From assembly GCA_963794325.1 (NCBI GenBank), contig CAWCDG010000005.1, forward strand, positions 289,514 through 353,513: 64,000 bases of DNA, given 5' to 3'. The notes beneath the pieces are model-generated. The model was given only the letters and a program-made list of their open reading frames with translations, searched no databases and was not told the origin of the DNA. Source of the DNA: an uncultured delta proteobacterium (lineage in GTDB: Bacteria; Desulfobacterota; Binatia; Binatales; Binataceae). Positions 18,948-28,638 of the stretch are shown here, in pieces; within the stretch, counting starts at the first letter, position 1; the number at the start of each line of letters is the position of its first letter. The translations under genes were made by a program, and so were the position numbers.

Positions 18948-18948
18948 C

Positions 18949-19611
18949 TTGGGCGATCTCAGCGGAACCCTCGCGACCATTTGCATCGTCGCGCCGCCAA
19001 TCATGTTCGCGATCATCGCGCACGAGGTCATGCATGGCGTGGTCGCGCTGCGGCTTGGCGACGATACCGCGCGGCGCGCCGGACGGCTCACCTTGAATCC
19101 GATTTCGCACATCGATCTCTTCGGCACGATCATCCTGCCGTTCGCGCTGTTTCTGTTTCATCTGCCGGTGCTTGGCTACGCGAAGCCGGTGCCGGTCGAT
19201 TTTCGCGTGCTGCGCGGCGGACGTAGCGGAATGCTGAAAGTTGCCGCGGCCGGACCGCTGACGAATTTCGTGCTCGCAATCGTGAGCGGACTCCTGCTGC
19301 GCGCGGTTCCCGCATTTTTGCACGGCTCGCTTGGACCCACCGTCGTCGTTCCGCTCGCACGGATGCTGCAGGCGTCGGTGATCGTCAACGTCGAACTGGG
19401 CGTCTTCAATCTCTTCCCCGTCTTGCCGCTCGACGGTGGCCGCGTGCTGTTCAGCGTTCTGCCGATCGCCGCGGCGCGCGCCTACGCGCAAACCGAGCGT
19501 TACGGCTTCCTTATACTGCTGTTGCTGCTGTATACGCATTGGTTGGATGTCGCGATTTATCCGGTGATGAACCTGGCGCTCAACGCGATCTCCTGGATGG
19601 TGCAGCTGTGA
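18949..19611 (+). CDS. Site-2 protease family (M50) membrane zinc metalloprotease
   Basis: HEVMHG (HExxH) in a TM helix and FNLFPVLPLDGG. The protein is polytopic, with a TTG start 1 nt after the xerD stop. Confidence 0.8.
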   Translation: MGDLSGTLATICIVAPPIMFAIIAHEVMHGVVALRLGDDTARRAGRLTLNPISHIDLFGTIILPFALFLFHLPVLGYAKPVPVDFRVLRGGRSGMLKVAAAGPLTNFVLAIVSGLLLRAVPAFLHGSLGPTVVVPLARMLQASVIVNVELGVFNLFPVLPLDGGRVLFSVLPIAAARAYAQTERYGFLILLLLLYTHWLDVAIYPVMNLALNAISWMVQL

Positions 19612-20366
19612 GCAACCAAAACGAAGGCAACCCGCTGCCGGTAATCGGCGCCGACGGCGGCACGCGCTTCCGGCTCCCGATTTACGAGGGACCGCTCGAC
19701 CTGCTGCTGCATCTGCTCAAGCGCGCTGAGCTCGATCCGCACGAAGTCACCGCCAGCGTTATTACCGAGCAGTATCTCGCGTGGCTCGAACTGCTCGATC
19801 AGTTGAACCTCGACGTCGCGGGCGAGTACCTCGTGATGGCGGCGACGCTGCTGTTGATCAAGTCGTTCGCGATGCTGCCGCATCCGGAGCTTGCGGACAC
19901 CGAGGAAGCTGAGGAGCTGAAGCGCGATCTGGTCGAGCGGCTGCTCGAGTATCAACGTTATCGCGAGGCGGCCGAGAAGCTTTCCGAGCGTGCCCTGCTT
20001 GGCCGCGACGTTTTCACCACGCCCGGCATGAGCGCGCCGGAAGACGCCAACGCAAAGCAATACACCGTTTCGATTTTCGATCTGGTCGAGGCGATCGGCG
20101 CGGTGCTCAAGCGCGTCGCCGATAAGACGCCGCGGAAAATCGAGCTGCGCGACATCCCAGTGGCGGAATGTATCCCGCGAATCCTGCGCGCGCTGGAAGG
20201 CACGGGACGGATCCAGTTCGCCGCTCTGTTCGAGGATGCGCACGATCGATCGCTGGTAATCGCAACGTTCATGGCGCTGCTCGAATTGATCCGGCGGCGC
20301 GACGTTCGCGCGTTTCAGGAAGTGCGCTTCGGCCCGATTTATCTCGAACGCGGCGCGGCGGCATGA
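19608..20366 (+). CDS. scpA: Segregation and condensation protein A
   Basis: FEGPLDLLLHLLKRAELDPHEVTASVITEQYL is the typical ScpA N-terminus. The GTG start overlaps the upstream stop (GTGA). Confidence 0.9.
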   Translation: MSNQNEGNPLPVIGADGGTRFRLPIYEGPLDLLLHLLKRAELDPHEVTASVITEQYLAWLELLDQLNLDVAGEYLVMAATLLLIKSFAMLPHPELADTEEAEELKRDLVERLLEYQRYREAAEKLSERALLGRDVFTTPGMSAPEDANAKQYTVSIFDLVEAIGAVLKRVADKTPRKIELRDIPVAECIPRILRALEGTGRIQFAALFEDAHDRSLVIATFMALLELIRRRDVRAFQEVRFGPIYLERGAAA

Positions 20367-20376
20367 CGGAGGCCGA

Positions 20377-21042
20377 GTGGAAGAAGATCGATTGAAATCA
20401 ATTCTCGCGAGCTTGCTGTTCGCGGCCGGCGAGCCGGTCTCGATTGCGCGGCTGTCCGCCGTGTTCGACGACATGCCGCGTGCGACGGTACAGAAGGCGC
20501 TGGCCGAGATGGCGTCGCAGTACGCCGCTGAAAATCGCGGCATCGCGATCGACGAAGTTGCCGGCGGCTACCAGATGCGCACGCCGAAGGATCACGCCGG
20601 GTACGTTCGCAAGCTGCTCGCCGCGCGGCCGCCGCGACTTAGCCGTCCGCTGATGGAGACGGTCGCGATAATCGCGTATCGCCAGCCGATCACGCGTCCT
20701 GAGATCGAGCAGTTGCGCGGCGTCGATACCGGCGGCGTGCTCGAAACGCTGCTCGAAAAACGGCTCATCAAAATTGCCGGCCGCAAGGAAGCGCCCGGAC
20801 GCCCGATGGTCTACGAGACCACTCCTGAGTTCCTCGAATTGTTCGGGCTGAAGGATCTCGAGAGTCTGCCCGACCTGTCGGAGTTCCGTGAAATCGAGCG
20901 CGCCGTCGAGCAAGCCACCACCGGTCCGGTGGAAGGCATCGAGACTCATCCTGAGGATGTTGCGCACGCAGCGCCTTCGTCAGAAGAAGAACCGGCCGAG
21001 CCCGCGCCTGAGACATCCGACGACGACAAGACCTCGCACTGA
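20377..21042 (+). CDS. scpB: Segregation and condensation protein B
   Basis: ILASLLFAAGEPVSI...YRQPITRPEIEQLRGVD...GRPMVYETT are typical ScpB winged-helix motifs. The C-terminal tail is acidic. Confidence 0.9.
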   Translation: MEEDRLKSILASLLFAAGEPVSIARLSAVFDDMPRATVQKALAEMASQYAAENRGIAIDEVAGGYQMRTPKDHAGYVRKLLAARPPRLSRPLMETVAIIAYRQPITRPEIEQLRGVDTGGVLETLLEKRLIKIAGRKEAPGRPMVYETTPEFLELFGLKDLESLPDLSEFREIERAVEQATTGPVEGIETHPEDVAHAAPSSEEEPAEPAPETSDDDKTSH

Positions 21043-21054
21043 ACGGAGAACAGA

Positions 21055-22239
21055 TTGATGCATCGATTCCGGCTGCTGATTCTTGTGGCGATGACCTCGT
21101 TTGTGTTCGCGGGATCGTCGCTCGCGCAGCAAAAGCCGGCACCCGCGCCGCCGCCCGAAAACGATCCGCTCTACATGCGCGTCGTTGCGATGCCGTATCC
21201 GCCCGAGGCGCAAATCCTCGACGGCGGCGGTCGTCGCCATTCAGCCTACGAGTTGTACGTGACGAACTGGGGCAAGACGCCGCTGAAGATCACCAAGCTC
21301 GACGTGATCGGAAAGGACGACGACAAAGTTGTCGTCAACCAATCGGCCAGTGGCAAACAATTGGCCGCGATGTTCGTGCCAATCAACGGCGACGGCACCA
21401 AGCCCAACGATCCGGGTCTCAAGCCGGGCGAGACCGGCGTCTTTTTTATCTTTACCGATTGGCTTCCCGACCAGGGAGACCCGGACAATTTTGATACTGC
21501 GATTACGATCGAGCAGCATGGCGAGCGCAGCGGTTCCGGCACAATACACACTGCCGCGATCGATCTGAATCAGGACGACCCGATCGTGATCAACGCTCCC
21601 ATCCACGGCAAAAATTGGCTCGCTGCCAACGCACCGTCCAATACCTCGGCGCATCGCCGCGCGATGCTCCCAGTTAACGGTCAACCGCACATCGGCCAGC
21701 GTTATGCGATCGACTGGATCCAGCTCGGCGACGACGGCAAAGCGTTCACCGGCGACGAGCACGACAACAAGAGCTATCACGCATGGGACCAGGAGATTCA
21801 CGCGGTCGCCGACGGCAAGATCGTCGAGGTCAAGGACGGTATCGCCGAGAACGTCCCCAACAGCGGCAAGCTCGCGGTGCAGATCACCAATGACACTCTG
21901 CCCGGCAATCGCGTCATCGAGGAGCTGAGCGAAGGCCACTACGCCGCGTACGCGCATCTGCGGCCCGGCACGATTAAGGTGAAGGTGGGCGACACTGTCC
22001 ACGCCGGCGACGTGCTCGCGCATCTCGGCAACAGCGGCAACTCAACCGAGCCGCATCTACATTTCCAGGTCTGCGACGCGCCGTCGTTCCCGGCCTCGGA
22101 GGGCCTGCCGTTCGCGATCGATCAGTACATGTACGAGGACTACAAGATCGACAAAGCGCCGAAACCTGCACTGACGGTCAAATCGTCGCATTCAGTAACG
22201 AAACAAGAACCAATGGAAAACGAACTCGATTCGTTCTAG
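21055..22239 (+). CDS. Secreted M23 family metallopeptidase
   Basis: Signal peptide present. The C-terminal region HLRPGTIKVKVGDTVHAGDVLAHLGNSGNSTEPHLHFQV carries the HxH motif of LytM/M23. Confidence 0.85.
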   Translation: MMHRFRLLILVAMTSFVFAGSSLAQQKPAPAPPPENDPLYMRVVAMPYPPEAQILDGGGRRHSAYELYVTNWGKTPLKITKLDVIGKDDDKVVVNQSASGKQLAAMFVPINGDGTKPNDPGLKPGETGVFFIFTDWLPDQGDPDNFDTAITIEQHGERSGSGTIHTAAIDLNQDDPIVINAPIHGKNWLAANAPSNTSAHRRAMLPVNGQPHIGQRYAIDWIQLGDDGKAFTGDEHDNKSYHAWDQEIHAVADGKIVEVKDGIAENVPNSGKLAVQITNDTLPGNRVIEELSEGHYAAYAHLRPGTIKVKVGDTVHAGDVLAHLGNSGNSTEPHLHFQVCDAPSFPASEGLPFAIDQYMYEDYKIDKAPKPALTVKSSHSVTKQEPMENELDSF

Positions 22240-22248
22240 ACGACAGTC

Positions 22249-22986
22249 CTATGCCGTCGAAGCTAAGGCCGTCTCAAGAGAACGCTCCGGGATCGTTGCT
22301 GATTGGAATAGGCTGGCATTCTTGCGAATCTCGCGGTCCATAGCATCCGGAGTAATCACCGACTCGATAATTACCGCGCAGTTACTGGGTATGAAACGGG
22401 CGACAAGCTGAAACGCATAGATTGCAAGGGCACTTAGCGGGAGGTGCTCTCCGGAGCGGCCAATTTCGCTAACGTGTAATTGCCGCAGTCGTCGCGAAAA
22501 TTCTTGGGCCATTTTCATGGCGGTAGCCATCGTCGGGTCAATTTGCCGAGCGTGGCCTAGGTCCAGGCAAAACTCCGCGTCGGGTAGCCATTCGAATAGC
22601 TGTCGCATTTCTCTTAGGGTGCGGCCGTTAGTCTTCCTGTTGTCCATGTTCTCCAGACAAACCCTTCGACCCAAACTCTTCCACAACGATGGAGTCGGCA
22701 TAAGCTCAGGATGCACGATAATAGGCCAATTTTGAGGTACCTCATGAAGGATGGAAAAAGCTTCTTTTTCCGACAGGGTCGTAAGTTTGCTGGGGGCGTG
22801 AATTGACACGTAGGTAAAATAGCTTAGGTCGAGTTGGTCTAAACCCGAGATTAAGGGCCGAAGCTCATCATCACGAAGTGCGGACAGTTCAATTGCTCGG
22901 AGCGACGGTTTCGTTCGCTGTAGCGAAATGCCGGTCCGAAAGTCGCCCTTTGCCAATGCACCAGTCGAAAACCCTAGTGGTCTCAT
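22249..22986 (-). CDS. Xylose isomerase-like / AP endonuclease 2-type TIM-barrel protein
   Basis: 245 aa with spaced motifs SIHAP, VCLENMD, CLDLGHA and LHVSE, as in the sugar-phosphate isomerase / endonuclease IV superfamily. It lies in the low-GC island. Confidence 0.5.
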   Translation of the reverse strand: MRPLGFSTGALAKGDFRTGISLQRTKPSLRAIELSALRDDELRPLISGLDQLDLSYFTYVSIHAPSKLTTLSEKEAFSILHEVPQNWPIIVHPELMPTPSLWKSLGRRVCLENMDNRKTNGRTLREMRQLFEWLPDAEFCLDLGHARQIDPTMATAMKMAQEFSRRLRQLHVSEIGRSGEHLPLSALAIYAFQLVARFIPSNCAVIIESVITPDAMDREIRKNASLFQSATIPERSLETALASTA

Positions 22987-23008
22987 TAGAACACCCCAAA
23001 TCTCCGAA

Positions 23009-24031
23009 TCAGCCTGCGGAGAGGGTCATGATCAAAAAACAGTTCTTCGATCGCATTTCGGTATACGTTACTCTTGTCGCGCAGCTTCTGGTAGACCGGC
23101 TCTGCGGGGGCAGTTCGAACGTAAGTTTATTGAGAGTTTTCCGTTTGTCGACGTCGCTGAGCGTTGCGAGAAAAACCTCGTATGAGTCGAAGATCTTACG
23201 TCCGCAATCTGGGTACGCCAGCGCCGCTCTAGCTAACTTATCGAGCGGGACAATTCGTGTTTCCTCCCCTATTAGGTACGCCGACTTTAATAGAAACTCT
23301 TCCGCCTTCGTCGCTCTATCTAGGCCATCCGGACCTTTGACTGCGGCTGTGAACACGTAAGTAAGCCGGCAACGAAAAGGAGCTTCCGCGAAAAACGAAG
23401 TTTATATTCCTGATCGCCCATCCTTCTTGGCTCCGCTCCCACATCTTGGATGCGAAATCGGCAGCCATAGTGCGCCAATATCGAACAACGTCGTTCAGCA
23501 GAAAATGAGGAATGAGATTGAATTTTCCGGATCGGCTCGGGATAGATCGATCGTATACGATATATCGTGCAAGGACATTTTGTATGACTCTCTCTCGAAG
23601 GGTCGCGTTAGTGATCGCAGTCGATTCGAGGAGCAGAAGTATCCGCCTAGTCAGATTCTCGTTCGTGTCTTTGCTCCCGGCGATGTAGTGAACGAGATCA
23701 TGACTGCTAACAAGCTTGCCGAACGTTTCAGTTGAACCTGGTTTGTTAATCTACAGTTTTTCCAGCGTACTAAAGATTTCTTTAGCGAGCATGAAGTGGG
23801 CTGGGTCAGAGGCGCCGTCTACGAGGAGCATCCAGTCGAAGCGCTGCCGGGTGTCGCTTCACAGCGAACAAAGGAGCCCATTACCACGATGGACGTTTGT
23901 GGATCGTAGAATTTGGTGAGCTCCTTTCTAACTCGATCTATCTGAGCGAGGGCATTCGCCCGGGCTGCCTGAATTGCCGGCCAGTTTCCACCACATTGCT
24001 CAGCAAGCGCTTCAACAGCCGTCAGTTCCAT
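23009..24031 (-). pseudogene. Decayed Pol-beta superfamily nucleotidyltransferase
   Basis: The N-terminal ORF 23819-24031 ends in the NTase motif VVMGSFVRCEATPGS. My manual translation continues in a shifted frame as FDWMLLVDGASDP..., hits an in-frame TAG at 23751-23753, and continues INKPG...DTNENLTRRILLLLES...VVRYWRTMAADF...WAIRN. A further shift joins ORF 23009-23356. Confidence 0.6.
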
Positions 24032-24147
24032 AGTAGACAGTCTCTCAGAAACCCACGGAACCGGCCAGCACTCGCCGCAAGAACGACGATCGTGGATGAG
24101 TCTGCCGTTTGCGCCGACCCGCGAGCGATCATCTGCATGCGTTGCTT

Positions 24148-25530
24148 CTAGACGCCGGTGTCCTCGAACACTCCCGTTTCCGGCGTGTAGTTCTCGAAGC
24201 GCGTGTAGTGATTGATGTAGGTGAGCTTCGCGGTGTCGGTGGGGCCGTTACGCTGCTTGGCGACGATTATCTCGGCGACGCCCGGCTCCTTGCTCTCTTT
24301 GCCCTTGTACATCTCCTCGCGGTAGATGAACGCGATCACGTCGGCGTCCTGCTCGAGCGCGCCCGACTCGCGCAGATCGGCCAGCATCGGCCGGCGATTC
24401 TCGCGCGACTCGACCTGCCGATTGAGCTGCGACAGCGCGATCACCGGGACCTTCAGTTCTTTCGCCAGCGCCTTGAGCGAGCGCGAGATTTCCGCGATCT
24501 CCTTTTCGCGCGATTCACCCGGACGCGCCGATCTCATCAACTGCAGATAGTCGACGACTATCAGCCCCAGGTTCCTCGCCCGCTCGCGCTTGAGCCGCCG
24601 GCACTTCGCCTTGAGCGTGATCGACGTCGTATCCGACGAGTCATCGATAAAGATGTTCGACTCCGACAGCCGCGCTGCCGCCTGCGCCAGCTTGGGAAAG
24701 TCGCGCTCGCCCAGGAATCCCTGGCGCGCCCGCGCGCTGTCCACCCGCGCCTCGGAGCAAAGCATGCGCAGCACGAGCTGTTCCTTCGACATTTCCAGCG
24801 AAAAAAATGCGACCCCTACAGGCTTGTCCGCTTCTATCGCCGCGTAGGTCGCGATGTTCAGCGCGAGCGCCGATTTGCCCACGCTGGGACGGGCCGCGAT
24901 GATAATCAGGTCCGACGGCTGGAAGCCCGCCGTGATTCGATCGAGATCGATGAACCCGCTCGGCACGCCAGTGATCATCTCACGGTTTTCGTACAGCCGC
25001 TCGAGGATCTTCAGCGACTCGCGCGTCAGCTCGGGCATCGTGTGGAACGACGGCTTAATCCGCTTCTCGGAAATCTCGAAGATGCGATGCTCGGCTTCGT
25101 CGAGGAAGCCATCAACATCCGCCGGCGCCTCGTACGACGCGCTCGCGATGTCAGTCGCAATCGAGCCGAGGCTCCGGAGCACGGCCTTGTCGTGCACGAT
25201 TCTCGCGTAGTGCGCGACGTTCGCGGCAGTCGGCACGATTGACGCCAACTCCGCGATATAAGCCGGGCCGCCGATCTGCTCGATCACCCCGCGCGTGCGC
25301 AGCGCATCGGTCAGCGTAATCGCGTCGACCGGCTGGCTGTGGTCGGTGAGTTCCGCCATCGCGCGGAATATCTGGCGATGCGACTCGCGATAGAAATCGT
25401 CGTCCGAAAGAATCTCGAGCGCGTGATTGATCGCGTCGTTGTCGAGCAGAATCGCGCCGAGCACCGACTGTTCTGCTTCGAGATTTTGCGGAGGAACGCG
25501 CTTTAGAATATCGTCTGACGACACCGCCAC
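24148..25530 (-). CDS. dnaB: Replicative DNA helicase DnaB
   Basis: N-terminus PPQNLEAEQSVLGAILL and Walker A AARPSVGKSALAL. Length is 460 aa, so no intein-sized insertion. GTG start with GAGGAGG 10 nt upstream. Confidence 0.97.
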   Translation of the reverse strand: MAVSSDDILKRVPPQNLEAEQSVLGAILLDNDAINHALEILSDDDFYRESHRQIFRAMAELTDHSQPVDAITLTDALRTRGVIEQIGGPAYIAELASIVPTAANVAHYARIVHDKAVLRSLGSIATDIASASYEAPADVDGFLDEAEHRIFEISEKRIKPSFHTMPELTRESLKILERLYENREMITGVPSGFIDLDRITAGFQPSDLIIIAARPSVGKSALALNIATYAAIEADKPVGVAFFSLEMSKEQLVLRMLCSEARVDSARARQGFLGERDFPKLAQAAARLSESNIFIDDSSDTTSITLKAKCRRLKRERARNLGLIVVDYLQLMRSARPGESREKEIAEISRSLKALAKELKVPVIALSQLNRQVESRENRRPMLADLRESGALEQDADVIAFIYREEMYKGKESKEPGVAEIIVAKQRNGPTDTAKLTYINHYTRFENYTPETGVFEDTGV

Positions 25531-25672
25531 CTGCCCACTACCTCCTCAACCACCGCGCGCTCAGAATTCCAGGAGCGCCGATTATTTCCGATAGCTTCAC
25601 CGCATACAACAATTACACCCGCGATCGGCCAACGGTTGTCATCATGCCGTCCACAGCCGATGCACAGTTCGG

Positions 25673-26395
25673 TTAGCGGGAGCGTCGCCGCGGCTGACGA
25701 TTTATCGCGAGCATCGGGCCCGTCGCGACGCCGAACATGAATCCTCCGACATGCGCCCACCACGCGACACCGCCCATCGCGGCTTCGCCTCCGCTTTGCG
25801 CGAGGCCCGCATATAGCTGAACCGCAAACCAGAACAGCAGGTAGACGACCGCCGGAATCTCAATGAACTGGATAAAAATGAAAATCGGCAGAATCGTCAG
25901 GATGCGTCCGCGCGGATAGAAAATGAAATACGCGCCGAGCACGCCGGCAATCGCACCGCTCGCGCCGATCACCGGCACAGTGGATTCGGGCGCAATCCAT
26001 ACCGTCGCGAGTGCCGCTGCGATTCCCGCGGCAAAATAAAAAATCAGGTAGCGCACCGATCCCAGCCGATACTCGACGGCAGCGCCGAAGATGAACAGAT
26101 AGAGCATATTGCCCGCGATGTGCAGTACGCCGCCGTGGATGAACATCGAGCTAACCGGGGTTATCAAGGGCTCGAGCGCGCCGACGCCACGAGGCATGCC
26201 CCCGGAGAGCGCTTGCGTTGTTAGGGCCGGAACCAATGCGAATCGGTGCACGAAAATCGCGAGACGCGGGCCTAGCAATAGTTCGTAAACGAATACCGCG
26301 ATATTCGCGGCTATCAGCGCTATGTTGACCGGCGTCAGCCGGCGCAGCGCGGCATTATCACGAAGCGGAATCATCAGGGTAGACCGGCCGAGCAA
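25673..26395 (-). CDS. Rhomboid family intramembrane serine protease
   Basis: Polytopic, with HGGVLHIAGNM, GASGAIAGVLGAY (catalytic Ser) and AHVGGF (catalytic His). Confidence 0.85.
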   Translation of the reverse strand: MLGRSTLMIPLRDNAALRRLTPVNIALIAANIAVFVYELLLGPRLAIFVHRFALVPALTTQALSGGMPRGVGALEPLITPVSSMFIHGGVLHIAGNMLYLFIFGAAVEYRLGSVRYLIFYFAAGIAAALATVWIAPESTVPVIGASGAIAGVLGAYFIFYPRGRILTILPIFIFIQFIEIPAVVYLLFWFAVQLYAGLAQSGGEAAMGGVAWWAHVGGFMFGVATGPMLAINRQPRRRSR

Positions 26396-26604
26396 TACTA
26401 CCGGCGTGCGGCAGCCCGGCGCGAGACGGTGCAGTCAAAGGGTTCGCGAAATTTTCTCATGCGGGGGCGCCCTGATCTTTCTCGCTTGAGCGAGACTTCA
26501 TCGTATGCGACAAAGGTGGGCGGGTCGCTCGTCTTCCTCGAACGCGATCCGCGATCGCGACCCGCTGATTGGCGGACGCGAATCTTCTAACGGAGGTTTT
26601 GTTC

Positions 26605-27330
26605 ATGGAAGTTGTTTCCAGTGAAGTGTCGATTCTAACCGGCGCCGAGAAGATGCCTGCGCATCTCGCGCGCCCGGCGTCCGGCGGTCCTTATCCAGCA
26701 CTGGTTGTCGTGATGGAGGCGTTCGGCCTCAACGATCAGATCAAGCGCATCACCAATCAATTCGCATCCGAAGGCTTCGTCGCCATCTCGCCGAATCTTT
26801 ATTTTCGCCAGCCCAACAACGTCGTCGGCTACAACGATTTGCCCGGCGCGTTTCGCCTGATGGGCTCGATCAACGACGATCAAATCGTCGCCGACATGGG
26901 CGCCGCGATCGATCACCTGAAAGCCATGAAGGAAGTGAAGCCGTCGTTCGGCACCACAGGATTCTGCATGGGCGGACGCGTCTGTTTCTTGACCGCATGC
27001 CGCAATCCCGCTGTCAGAGCCACCGCGCCATACTACGGCGGCGGGATCGTCAAGTCGCGACAGCCGAACGTCAAACCGCCGATCGAATACGTCGACGGGC
27101 TCAAAGCCCCGGTGCTGGCCTTCTTCGGCGGCAAGGACGCTTTCATTCCGATCACCGAAGTCGATGAATTTCGCGACGCCCTGAAGAAAGCCGGCAAGCC
27201 GGCCGAAGTGGTCTTCTACCCCGACGCCGACCATGGCTTCATGTGCGACGATCGGCCGTCGTTCCATCCCGTGCATTCCAAGGAAGCGTGGGCGCGCACT
27301 ATCGCGTTCTTCAAAGAGTACCTGGGCTGA
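26605..27330 (+). CDS. Dienelactone hydrolase family protein
   Basis: ALVVVMEAFGLNDQIK, GFCMGG nucleophile region and PDADHGF. ATG at 26605 is preceded by GGAGG. Confidence 0.8.
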   Translation: MEVVSSEVSILTGAEKMPAHLARPASGGPYPALVVVMEAFGLNDQIKRITNQFASEGFVAISPNLYFRQPNNVVGYNDLPGAFRLMGSINDDQIVADMGAAIDHLKAMKEVKPSFGTTGFCMGGRVCFLTACRNPAVRATAPYYGGGIVKSRQPNVKPPIEYVDGLKAPVLAFFGGKDAFIPITEVDEFRDALKKAGKPAEVVFYPDADHGFMCDDRPSFHPVHSKEAWARTIAFFKEYLG

Positions 27331-27359
27331 AACTGCGTGGTTGTATTTTCTTGAAATCG

Positions 27360-27815
27360 ATGCGGCGGGCCGGTATGCGCCGGCCCGCCTTTTTTCTTGC
27401 AGTGGCGATTGCCATCATGGCGGCCGGCGGATGCTACTCGTCGGACTATCGCCGCACGATGGCCGCGAACGTGTCGCTGCTGTCCGATATGTCCGACAAG
27501 CTGGCAGACTACTGCCGCACGTTTTTCAAGCTCGACGATCGTCAACTGTCATCCGAAGAGATGGGCGAGTTCTATTACGCCTTCAACAAGGCGAACGCGT
27601 TCTCATCGGCAACGCCGCGCGAAGTGTCGCGGCCATCGCACCGCGATTTCGTCAAGCTTCTGAACGCTTACGAGAAATTCGCGCACGCTGCCGACGAGTA
27701 CCGCCTCAACGGCAAGTCCGACCCCGCGATACTCGCGTCGTTGCTCTCGCAACACGCCCAAGTCCGCCACCTCGCCGGCAAAGTCACCGAAGATTTGAAG
27801 AACGAGCCCGACTGA
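27360..27815 (+). CDS. Hypothetical lipoprotein
   Basis: Signal peptide with lipobox (AIMAAGGC). The mature part is helical-looking and I recognise no family. Confidence 0.5.
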   Translation: MRRAGMRRPAFFLAVAIAIMAAGGCYSSDYRRTMAANVSLLSDMSDKLADYCRTFFKLDDRQLSSEEMGEFYYAFNKANAFSSATPREVSRPSHRDFVKLLNAYEKFAHAADEYRLNGKSDPAILASLLSQHAQVRHLAGKVTEDLKNEPD

Positions 27816-27818
27816 CGC

Positions 27819-28505
27819 TCAGCCCTTCCAGTGCTGACCGTACTTGTCGAGGTACGCGACCTCGCTCACCGGCCTGCGCTTGATCGGTCCGAATTTTCCC
27901 TGCGGATATCCGATCGGCATCAGCGCGTAGGTCATCACTTCCGGCGGCAGCCCGAGTATCTGTTTCACCTCGTCCTCGAAGAAAGTGTGAATCGTGGTCA
28001 GCACCGTGCCGAGGCCCAGTCCGCGGCACGCGAGGATGATATTCTGCACGGCAGGATAGATACTCGAACCCGAGATTCGCGCCTGGCTCTTCATCGCGGC
28101 AGCCACCTCGGGTGGAAGCTTGGGCGGCGCGCCCGTCATCGGAACCTGCTTCAGGCATACGAGCAGCAGCACGGGCGCATCGGCCATGTGATCGATCAGG
28201 TAGTACGCCGACGCCATGAGTTTCTTGTAGGTGTCCTCGGTCATGTGCTCGGGCTTGACGCGGTCGGTGTAGAGCGCCTTCAGGATCGCACCGCCCTTTT
28301 GATAGACCGCGCCAATCTTCTTGCGTTGCGCCGCATCCTTGATAACCACGAACTCCCAACTCTGCTGATTGCTGCCCGACGGCGCGCGAATCGCCGCGTC
28401 GAGCACCTTGGTGATCACATCGTCGGGGACCGGATCGGGCTTGAAGCGCCGAAGCGACCGCGCCGAGTAAATTGCGTCGAAAAGTCCTATCTCTGCCATT
28501 GTCAA
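27819..28505 (-). CDS. Nitroreductase family protein
   Basis: N-terminus SARSLRRFKPDPVPDDVITKVLDAAIRAPSGSNQQSWEFVVI is a typical nitroreductase signature. Confidence 0.85.
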   Translation of the reverse strand: MTMAEIGLFDAIYSARSLRRFKPDPVPDDVITKVLDAAIRAPSGSNQQSWEFVVIKDAAQRKKIGAVYQKGGAILKALYTDRVKPEHMTEDTYKKLMASAYYLIDHMADAPVLLLVCLKQVPMTGAPPKLPPEVAAAMKSQARISGSSIYPAVQNIILACRGLGLGTVLTTIHTFFEDEVKQILGLPPEVMTYALMPIGYPQGKFGPIKRRPVSEVAYLDKYGQHWKG

Positions 28506-28638
28506 AACTCCTGCTTTGGATTTGTGCTCATCCGCGAGAATGCATCGCGCGGTGAAAAAAGAAAAGCAGCCGTGCGATCCCGATCGATCGCCCAGCCGCT
28601 TCTTTCAATCGTCGAATCGGTAGCGCGCTAGTGCCCGC

